DNA of 64,000 nt from Zygnema circumcarinatum SAG 698-1b (lineage: Eukaryota > Plantae > Zygnematophyceae), in NCBI GenBank assembly GCA_037447605.1, contig CM074819.1, forward strand, positions 1,634,297 through 1,698,296, read 5' to 3'. This document shows positions 11,877 to 35,867 of the stretch, piece after piece. The notes under the pieces are model-generated. The model saw only the letters and a list, made by a program, of their open reading frames with translations. It was not told where the DNA came from and did no database searches. A program made the translations under genes and the position numbers. The first letter of the stretch is position 1; each line of letters opens with the position of its first letter.

Positions 11877-14800
11877 CAGGAGAGTGCAAGCTTTGGACTG
11901 CCACATACCTGCTCCACTTAGAAAAACGAATATGAGCTCAGCCACAAGTGCGTTTGTGTTGGCAACAATGAGAGCGTATGGAGATAGCGGAGCGAGTTCA
12001 GGCTGAAGGCCGGTAGAGAGAGAGAGAGAGAACATGAAAACTTGAAATATGGTGGTGGCAGTATCTAGCTGAAGATTAGGACTTGGAGAAATTCCCCTCT
12101 GCGCTTCAAAAAATTTCTGAGCGGTTTCATCGAGCGCGAGACCGTTTAGGTCAAAGAGATAACAGAAAGTGAAAAAAACGCTGACGAGAATTGGAGCAGA
12201 GAACATGCCGAGGGAAAATATGTGTAGTGGCATTTTGAGCATGTAGATGTAAAAGTCGTGAACGATAGAAAGTGGACCCACTTCTTCCTGAGAAACAGCA
12301 GAAGCCCAATTTTGCCGATCGAATCGACTGTTAGCGTGACAGTTGCTCTCTCTCTCTCTCTCTCCCCTCTCTCCATCTCTCTCTCTCCTTCTTAGCCCCT
12401 AACCTTGGGTATCCTTTAGCGTGACAGTTGCTCTCTCTCTCTCACCCCCCTCTCTCCATCTCTTTCTCTCTTTCTTAGCCCCAAACCTTGGGTATCGTCA
12501 ATAATAAATATGTACACAAACAGATGAAAATGGACTAAAACCAAGTCTTTTATATCTATTTAAGATAGTAATGAAAGCAGGATCATTACCTTTATAATGA
12601 CGTAATTAGTCATCCCTTGCCTTCCGCGAAACTCCGGCGAATCAATCCCTTTAAATGCCTCAAGATCATCATCATCATCATCATTTTCTGAGACCAAAAG
12701 CCCTTCCACACTTTCCCTAAGCTCTCCCACTTTGTCCTGCACTGCATCCACAGTGTCTTGAACTTTATCCGTCAAACTCAGAACCTGCACCTGCATAGTT
12801 TCCTGTAAATCCGTTACAGTTTCCTGCATACTTTCAGTAAGACCCGCAACGGTGTCGGAAACTGTCTCCGTTATCTCCGACACCGTTTCGGCGACCGTTT
12901 CCGTGAAATCCGAGACAGTTTCCGCTACCGTTTCCGTTACAGAGTCCACCTTTTCCGAAACGGTTTCCGCCATCTGCGAAACAGTTTCCCCAACTTGCTC
13001 AGCTAAATTCTCGACAGAATTGGGTAGAATCTCAGCGACTGCTTCAACTACCATAATGGACTTCTCCTTTACCGGCTCCGGAAGTATCTCCTTCACTTTC
13101 TCTCTCACTTTCTCTGACACTCCCACCACCGCTCCCAAAAGAGATGAAGTAGATTTTCTCTCCTTCTCAGTAGAGAGCCTCCCTCCTATCCGGTATCCAG
13201 CAAAGAGTGCTTGCCCTCTTCTTGAAACTGAAAAAACCCCACTTGAAAAAACCTTTACTTCTTCTTTATATTTCACCGTTTTAGCTTCTTGTATATCTTT
13301 TAAATTGATATCTGAAGCGCGTTTCGACGAAGCAGAACTAAGATTCTCTTCAGATGCTCTTGATTTTTTAAGGTTTTCCTCTTCTCCTGCTTTGTTTTCC
13401 TCCTCTGCTCTTGAGAGAGACCTTGCAGCCCCGTTCTCACTCTCTTTCCCTGACTCCTCCCCGGCCTCTCTCTCCTCCTCTCTCTCATACTTCCTCTCCA
13501 TGTGCTCCTTTACTCTCTCCACATCCGTCACCTCTCCCTCTTCCACTTTGCTAGCCATCTTGGCCTCCTTCTTTGCCTGTTTCTCTGACTCTTTCCTCGC
13601 CTGCTTTTTGAGAACTTCCGTTTCTTTCATCGTCTTTTTCTCTCTCTCGTTCACTTCTTTCTGAGCTTTCTTCTCTTTGGCTTCTACTCCCTTCTGAGTT
13701 TTTCTATGAAGTGAAGCTGCTTCCGTTCTAGCTACAATTTCTGCAAACTTCATTTTCCTATGCATTTTTTTGTATTGCTTTTCCGTAAGAGCCCAAGATG
13801 GCCTTCTCCCATCCAATTCCACTTCCCATATTTCCCTCACTTCTGAAGGATCCGTCGCCTCCTCTCTCTCCTCTCCCTCCTCAATTTCCCCACTCACGGC
13901 CCCATTAAAGCTCTCTCCCTCAAAATCCCCTTTGTTCCCACGTGTTACTTCAGCTTCCCCACCTTCTATCCTTTCCATTTCGGTCGATGTTTTTGCAAGT
14001 TGATCATTAACCTGCACCAAATCATTAGCTAATTTTTTTGAATTCTCTTCTACAAAACTAAGTGTCTCCCCATTTGTAATTTTTTCCTTGCTATCAACTT
14101 CATCTGACTGCGATTCAACATACTCCCTCACCCCCTGTACATCATTATTCAAACTGACGTTTCTTCCCCTTACATCACGAGTCAAACTGCCCTTATCTAC
14201 ACGCCGCTTTAAAGTCGTCGATCTTCGAATTTGACTTAAATTAGGTGATGATGATGATGGTGAGGATGATGAAGTAGTCGATGTCGTAGATGATGTACAT
14301 GTTGATGATGTACTTTCTCTCTGCTTCCGTCTACTTTCCTCGGCAACCCCTTCTCCTTCTCTCACACTTCCGTCCTCTCCAACCGAAATATTTGCTCTTC
14401 CATTACTAGGATTTCCTAATCCCCCCTCTATTTCACTCGCAGAAACGACATAATCGTCGATGCATTCACCCTCTTTACCTATTTCCACTAATTCATTTTC
14501 ATTATCGCCCGAGTCATACTCCGACTCTCCCTCCCATTCAATCATGTAGCGCTGCCTATCGTCCATGGCTGCCTCCATAGCTTCCCACTCTGACTCCAAG
14601 CACTCTTCGTTTCCAGAGTCACCATATGCATAACTCTGCAGCTCATCTCTCTTCTCATCTTCTGACTGCTCCCATTCCTGCAATCACAATTTGCCGTTTG
14701 TTTGTAAGGGAAAGAATGGACCGCCCCCCTCCATTCCCCCCACTTTCACCCTCTCCCACTCCTCCCCCNNNNNNNNNNCCCCCCCCCCCCCCCTCTCTAC

Positions 14801-15597
14801 CTGTCCTCCCCTCTGTCCTCTCCTCTGTCCTCCTAGCTAACTTTTTCATGCTCTCTCCCTCTCCTCCCCCATTCTCTCACTCCCTCATCCCCCCTCTCCC
14901 CATTCTCTCGTTCTCTCTTCCTTCCCCTTTCCCCCCCCCCCTCTCCCCACCTTCCCATCATCCCCCCTCACCATCATATGCTTAAAAAGGAAGCAACACA
15001 AAGCACAGTGTTGAACACAACAGAAAAATCACCCATAGAATCCCATCCCTCCCTTACTTTTGAGGGCGAATCCCCCTCTTCTCCTTCACTTCCGATCTCA
15101 TTTTCGTCCAAATTATCAGAGGGCTCATCGTCCGGTTGCTTCCGCCTATTTGTAATTCTTCTCCTTGTCTTCCTCACTCGGCTCCCGTGCACAGCTCCTG
15201 CTGCTCTCGCTCCACTCACACGCACTGCCACCGACCTTGTGAAATTGAACCTTAGAGCCCCAAACAATCTTTCGACTCGCCGTCCAGAATTCAACCGTTT
15301 TAAGCTCACTTCAGAGCCCCACAAATGGGTGGAATGTTTGTGAATGGCCGAGCCTCGTACAGGGACAACAGCAGCAGATAATGTACGCAGTTGGGAAGAT
15401 TTCGGAGCTCGTCGCAGCCTGGATCTCAACATGTGAAGGGCCGATTTTTCCCAAAAAATAGGTCGAATTGAGTCATCGTTTCTGACGTTCGCATGCGTGA
15501 ACAGTGCGTGAGATGGGGTAAACGGAGTTTCGGTGGGAGAGAGAAACGAACTGGAAACCAAACTGCAAAGGGAACGAGACGTTGCATAGAGACCCAT
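9788..15597 (-). CDS. Inward-rectifier (Kir/KirBac-fold) channel homolog with non-canonical filter and ~870-aa N-terminal extension (~1180 aa)
   Basis: Exons 15058-15597, 12590-14677, 11909-12287, 10915-11156, 10293-10421, 9788-9958 all splice in frame. Translation shows a slide helix/TM1 (HDFYIYMLKMPLHIFSLGMFSAPILVSVFFTFCY), pore helix (FQVFMFSLSLSTGLQPELAP), TM2 to GAVFARLSQP, LMCRY, SLKLVRPE..HVIDETSPL..TREDL..DAIFSLSVVGLERSSMQSVFHVQHY..DIVWNAEFDDML. These are collinear with KirBac motifs (FARFSRP, LMFRV, HPIDETSPL, ILWNHRF). Confidence 0.88.
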
Positions 15598-16169
15598 GAG
15601 AGAGCAGACCTATCCCTATCAAGAATACCCTCTCCGTAAAGTTATACTAACATATTTTTGCGTTTTTGAGCCCGCAGAGTTCGTCCTCCTCCTCCTCCCT
15701 TTCCCTCTCCTTTTGCCTCTCCCTTTTTTCCTCCGCTCTCCTCCGATCCGTGTTCTCCCTGACTCTCTCCTTCTCACTTTTCTCCCTGCTCGCCTCCCTC
15801 TCCGCTCCTCGTTTAAACCTTGCTCTCTACTTTCCTCCTATCTCATATCCCGCCGTCCTCCTGCTTTTCTCTCTCCTCTCCCTCTCACTCCCCTCTTTCT
15901 CCCTCTGCTTATCCTCCCCTCCTTATCCTCCTCTCTTTCCCCCCTTCTCTTTCTCTCCCTCTCCCTCTCCCTCTCCCTCTCTTTCTCTCCCTCTCCCTCC
16001 CTTTCTCTCCCTCTCCCGCTCTTTCTCTCCCTCGCCCTCTCTTTCTCTCCCTCTCCCTCTCCTCTCTCCCTATCCTCCACTTCCTCTTCCCTCCTCTCCC
16101 TCTCCCTCTCCCTCTCCCTCTCCCTCTCTCCTTCCCCCCACCCCTCCCCTCTCCCCCCTTAGCCAACAA

Positions 16170-16660
16170 ACGTCCAGGTGGCAGCTCCTCGCTCTTTATA
16201 CTGCCCCTGACCGCCCTCCAATTCGCCGCAAACTTGCCGCCACGTGGCGGTCGACGCGAATTTGGCGCAATTCGTTGCTTGCGTGCCTGTCCCCCACGTG
16301 TCCTTTATGTACGAACCATACAAAACATCGTTCTCAGCCAATGGATTTGCGCCACGTACTCGCTGTCAAGATCGTGTGGTGACGTGGCAGCTGCAGCCCG
16401 CGCCGCGAGAGAGGCCGTTTCCATGTTTCGTTTGACGGTGCCGCCGTTTGCTGCGAACGAACTGCGGCCGATTTGGAGCAGAGAGAGCTCGCTGGCAAAC
16501 GTTGGTTTAACTGTTGGCAGTGACTGCCAACCGTTGGCAAACTCCAATGGTTGTCGGGGTGCGCCAACAAATGTCCGCAGCCGTTGCAATGGTTGCCAAC
16601 CAGTGGACCCAATGATTGGCACCATTGGCAACGGTTGGATCCTTGGCTGGGTCCCAATTT
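16170..16660. repeat. Dispersed G-box-rich repeat, homologous to ~44600-44900
   Basis: gccgtttccatgt..cgtttgacggtgccgccgtt..cgaactgcggccga.ttggagcagagag occurs at ~16413-16480 and ~44727-44800, followed in both by CAACCGTTGGCA/CAATGGTTG units. Confidence 0.7.
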
Positions 16661-16691
16661 TCTATGAGCATTGAGCCCTGCGCACGAAAAT

Positions 16692-17235
16692 AGGGCGTGT
16701 CAGACTCAACAAAATGTTGCGAATATCGAGTTTTTAGTATTGCTAAAACCGAGGTTACAAAGTACTGAAATTCATGGTTTTCCCGAACCTAACCCGAGCC
16801 TCCTTCGGCAACTGTCCTTAGTCAACGGATCAATGTACAGGGGGTCCTCGTCATATTTTCCACCTGGTTTCGGCAAATACCGGGCGAAAATATTGTTTTT
16901 GGCAAATAGAAGGTCCGTGTTACCAATAGGCGAGCGGAATGATGTTAGTGTTCATGTATATTCGTACGCATCGTATCGTATCGTTTGTTTTAATATCGTA
17001 CCGCATCGTACCGTATCGGCTACTACAGCTCGGGTTTTAGGGTTTTTAGGGTACGGATAGTACGAATAGTACGGCTAACTCTAAGTTACCGTACAAAAAT
17101 GTGGTTTCGGCAAAATCGGTGCGAATTTATTGGTGACGCACTGTTGAAGGTGGAAAATATGACGAGGACCCCCTGTAGCGAAGATCGACCTGCGGGGTTT
17201 ACTGAAAAGGACACTCCTTCGCATGATTTTGTTGG
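16692..17235. mobile_element. MITE family 2 fragment (TIR GGGCGTGTCAGACT), interrupted by a nested MITE
   Basis: Reverse-complement homology to 51480-51679, which resumes after the nested insertion at 17176 (gcgaagatcgacctgcggggtttactgaaa). Confidence 0.7.
16838..17174. mobile_element. Tc1/mariner-type MITE, TIR CAGGGGGTCCTCGTCATATTTTCCACC, TA target duplication
   Basis: Perfect ~27-bp inverted termini flanked by TA on both sides. Related pieces at ~27227-27535 and ~27786-27875. Confidence 0.85.
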
Positions 17236-18517
17236 CCGAATCTCCTTTCTAATTCGTAATTGAGTTTTCGATTTGCCTTCTCAAATTCGTGTTTAAAGTC
17301 TTCTCCTTATTTTTGAGACGTTGTCATCATCATCATTCTTTGTTTCTCTTGAATACTTAACTACTTTATACTGTTTATCCTCCGCCGTAGGAACCCTAGA
17401 AACCCTAAACCCCTAATCCGAAAAGTGTTTAAAGGAAGCCTAAAATCAGTACGGATAGTTTCCTGGATCGAACTAGCGGTGGCAGAATTGCGACTTTGTA
17501 GGGTTCAGGGCTCAGGGTTGAATGCATTCATACCTTCTCTAGGGAACTACAACTACTTCCTGAAGGAGAAATTACCCCCCATAAACTAATTATCTAGTGG
17601 AAAGTCGTAGGCATCGACAAATTACGAAAGGGAAAGTAATAGACATCGACTAATTAGGGTAGAAAAAGTCATGTATTTGTGGTTTCTGAGGGAGGTTAGC
17701 AGCAGCCATGCTTGCACCATGGAAAGCTCCTTTTCGTGCTCAAGTTCGATGGGGGGCCAATGAGGAGGGCGGGCAACACTTGGAATTGCAAAATTGAACG
17801 GAAACAGAACTGCATGTGACCATCATCTTAAATAGTGAAGAGCTTCCAGACCCTTAAAGTGGAGTAAGGAAAAATAAACTTAGGGCTGTTTTGGGCAGTC
17901 AGCAAACAGCTCATAAAGAGCACCCCCCCGGGTGCTATTTCTAACAGGTGATGAAGAGGGAGGGAGGGCGGGAGGACGAAGCAGCACGAGAGAGAGAGAG
18001 AGGGAGAGAGAGAGTGTGAGGTTGGGAGGGAGGCATGGAACTAGTTTGGGGAGGGGAGGGAGAGAGGGGCATCGAGCTGGAAAGGAGCAAAGAAAGATAG
18101 CAATAAAGATTAAGTGAGTTCCTTGCAGGACAGACGGAGTGGGAGCCAGCAAAAGGTGATACTCTGGAGATAACTGAAAGCACACCCTGCATATTCACTG
18201 GGGCATTATGGGCACACCCAGGGGAACATTCACAGGGTGAAATTGCAGGAACTCTGACTATCCACCATGTTATTTCCACTCCCTTCCCTATAACCTCAAA
18301 CAGATGTATCCGAGCAATAGAAATACTCCGCACTCAGAATCTGTTAAAAGTTTAACTCTTCCCTTCGCTCTCCTCCAAATCCTGAGAGCCATCCCTCTCT
18401 ACACCCACCTCGTTCATTCCTTCTCCCAAATCCCTCTCCCTTCCCCTCTTCATGCAATCTCCAGCCATAAGAAGATTGACATCCTCCTGTGAAGGAGAGA
18501 TTAGTCACATCCTTAAT

Positions 18518-18631
18518 AGTCAATAATCAATATTCAATAGTCAATAGTCAATACTCAATAGTCAATAGTCAATAGTCAATAGTCAATACTCAATAGTCAA
18601 TAGTCAATAGTCAATAGTCAATAGTCAATAG
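18518..18631. repeat. (TCAATAG)n heptamer tandem repeat just past the stop of gene A
   Basis: About 16 units of tcaatag/tcaatac. Confidence 0.9.
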
Positions 18632-18635
18632 GTAG

Positions 18636-32593
<13,958 letters not shown>

Positions 32594-32598
32594 CGAAC

Positions 32599-32639
<41 letters not shown>

Positions 32640-32713
32640 TGGGGCTGAGGGGGTGGGGGGAGAGTGAGAGAATGAATGGCGCTGAGGGGCTGGGGGGAGG
32701 GGGGATGTGCCAG

Positions 32714-32910
32714 GTGACACGTCCTCATTCGCTGTAGGAAATGTTTGAGGCCACACGGCACGTCCTCATTCGCTGTAGAAATGTTTGAATCCACGTGTCA
32801 TGTTCTCATTCGCTGTAACGAATGTTTTTTCGAAGCAACGTGGCACGTTCTCATTTGTTGCAGCGAATGTGTTTTTTATACCACGTGGCACGTCCTCATT
32901 CGCTCTGGGA
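32714..32910 (-). promoter_or_regulatory. Five ~40-45 bp tandem repeats with G-box/ABRE-like cores upstream of the gene A ATG
   Basis: Unit consensus CCACGTGGCACGTCCTCATTCGCTGTAG.AATGTTT. Confidence 0.55.
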
Positions 32911-35867
32911 AAATCCCCCCACAGGGCCGAACCCGACATGTCTCCAAAGCCCTCCTGCGGTCGGCGCCGGCAGGACTTTCTGCCGGCCGGTTGAGCCGGT
33001 TTGGAAACCGGCCGGCAGGACCGGCCCCGCGGCTCGGCCGGCCGGCGACTTGGACGCCAGAGGGCTGCGATTGGTCGGCCCGCCCCCCGTCCGTACAAGG
33101 GAGCTTTACCAATACGATATTATACGATGTGATATTCCGATATACCGTCTTGGATATCCGTCCCTACCGTAGCCGCAGAGGGCTTGTGGCGCCCCCGGCC
33201 TCCGTTGCCACGTGGCGCTCGGGGCGCGGAAAAAAAAAAAAAAAAATTGAAATGGAATGGAACCTGTCTCAGTCAATGGAACTGTGAGCAGCGAACGGTA
33301 CTTGGAAACTGCTCGCCCTGAAAGGGTTTTTAGGGTTTTAAGTGGGAGGTAGCGAAAAAAAGAAAGGCACACTTCTACTGTGCACACACAGGCACACTAT
33401 TGATTGACTCTTGTCGGTTTCCTAACTATTTGGTAATGTTCAAAGGGAAGGAAATCCAGAAACACGAGTATTTCATTCCGGACATCACAAATGACTCATG
33501 TTGCAAAGGATGCGAGCCTTTTTCCACATGCGTTGCAATCACGACAGGTTGGACAATAACACTCTTTAAGGTTTTGCACCCGTTCGGCATCATTATCTAA
33601 CAGACTTCACAATCCTTTGGCTGCTGCGGCACTGCAAGTGTTAATGTATAGGTACATCAAGGTGTTGGTACTTAGTTTCTGGCATGAATGTTGTCCAGGA
33701 GATCAATGTGTTGGTATAGGGACAATGTCCATGCATGAATGGTCATGTTTGGTGTAGGACCGAACATGGGGGGTGCCCGTATCGTTAGGGAACGGTACGG
33801 CACTTCTAGGGATGGTCTAGGATCGTAGGCTTGCGGCTTAGGCAGTACTGTACCAAAGGGGGTGTGCGGAATGCGCCTGTAACGGATGGAGAGCGGCCGT
33901 ACGGACGGCGAGTGATTGTACGGACAAAGCGGAAATGTATGGGTGCGGAAATCTTTGGCGCGAGAGGCGGATCTGCACGAAGCGATATGATTGGTCGCGA
34001 CAGTGCGCAGATCGCGACGCAGTCGTCGTGCGTGACGTGACGCATTGTTTGGCAATGTTCGGTGGAGAGATTGGAGATGTCGGCGACGAATGAAGAGGCG
34101 GCACGTGGATCCTTAGTGGGGTCCGCGGCTCTGACGAGGTCAACTGAGAAGCACTTGAGCGGGCGGCAGACGTGTACGGCTGGACGGCGGAACAGTACGG
34201 ACAACCTTGTGTAGGTCGGTGTTGGCGTAGGTTTACGTGAGGCCGACGGCCTGCCGGCTGTTGAAAGCATGCACTTGCTAGTGCGCCTGTGACATGACAT
34301 TGGGTGTCACGTCACGCCGGCCGCCATTGTATAAGACTCTCTTACTCACTCTCTCTGGATGTTATGCTGCTCGACCGTTGTTTTTCTAGGAAGAGCTTGC
34401 AGAGGCTGATTCCTAGAGGAGTCCAGCCTTGTGTATGAAGGTCGGGAAGGAACTAGCTCTCATCATGCTAAGCTTGTGAAGGCGTTAGGTGGTGTCTCCC
34501 TCATGTGTTGAGGTAGAGGAAGAGTTCTTGGAGGCATGAAGTGTTTGGCAATTGTAATTGGGTCGTAAGCTATCTGTCACAAGATAAGATAGTGCTCAGA
34601 ATCTAGCATAAGGGATTTATGTCGATTTCCTAAGGAGCTTGTGTTACACTCATGATTATTGAGAAGTTTTAGGGCCGTGGGCTTTCTCCTTTCTCCTTAC
34701 TACTGTGTCATTTGTCATGTGAGTCCTTGTGTTGGACTGGCGTGGTGGATGAGTGGAGGCAACCATTATATGGGCGGTGTGTCGCTTCACACGAGGAGAC
34801 CATTGGAGGAACGTGGAGTCTGAAGGAGCCAAGACCATGGAGGGGATGACGAAGTGTTCTTATAGGTGGCGTGTTTTGTATCCGTTGTACGTACCTGGCG
34901 AGGGGTGGATGAGAAGGCATATCATAGCGGAAGTGGTATGTGGCCCAAGGAGAAGTGGAGGAAAGTTTTGAGCTTCATCCGGGCATGTGTTTATCCTTCC
35001 TAGAGTCCCCCTTTGCACCAACAGAAAGGGCCTCCGAATGCATCATTCGAGGTAAGGGTTCTGCCCGCCAAAACGTGTACGAGCATGTGGTCAGCACTTC
35101 TTGATGTTTGCGGCACGCAAAGGATATGAGCAGTTCTCCCGCTTCACCTAGTGAGAGTCATGGGGTGAACTTGTTTTGCAGTTCTGTTTGTGCGATTCTT
35201 TTTAGTTCACTACCAGATCTGCCGCTTATAGAGCTGTCTCCTTTGCTCCACACCAGTCAATACCATAAATGGTATTTCAAGATCACATAGGTGTATTTAC
35301 ACTATCAGTTGAAAGAAATATGAGTTGATTAAAATGATTTCCATTTTGTTTACAACACACTCCCTCTCAGATTTTTCCCATAAATCACTCACTTACTTCC
35401 CCCGCCTAGCAATACTTCACAGGTCAGACCATTGGATCAACCATTGCAATGGTTGTGAACCATTGGATCGCGAGCCAGCCAACCATATACTGAGCCCGCC
35501 CCATAAGAAGGTGATGGGCGACCACAGTACCAATCACAGTTTAGCATACCAAGTCAAACTTCAAAATCCAATGTTTGAAACTCTTGACTATCTCAAGCAA
35601 GCATCACTACCCGACGATCCTCATTTCTGAATTTTTTACCTGCGCCAAAACCAGCCAGCGCCTCTGTTTGGAATGTCTCCAGTCCTTTCCTGTTCACTGT
35701 TTTCAAGTACCAACATCGTTATGTTTCTGAGATTCATTCGGATCATTTCCACACGATGTTCACAATTTCCATGTCCTTTGACCACATCTGATTTACTGTT
35801 CCGTTCGCGCTGCAGGGGCTGGTGAAGACAGAGGGAAGGGCGGAGAAGAAGGGCTCGGAGGGGGACG

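Noticed and set aside
17880-18492. Short ORFs downstream of gene A
   Set aside because: No recognisable domain or consistent splice pattern.
33300-35800. Possible retroelement or gene remnant between genes A and B
   Set aside because: I could not recognise any RT, integrase or transposase motif, LTR or coherent exon chain, so it is left unannotated.
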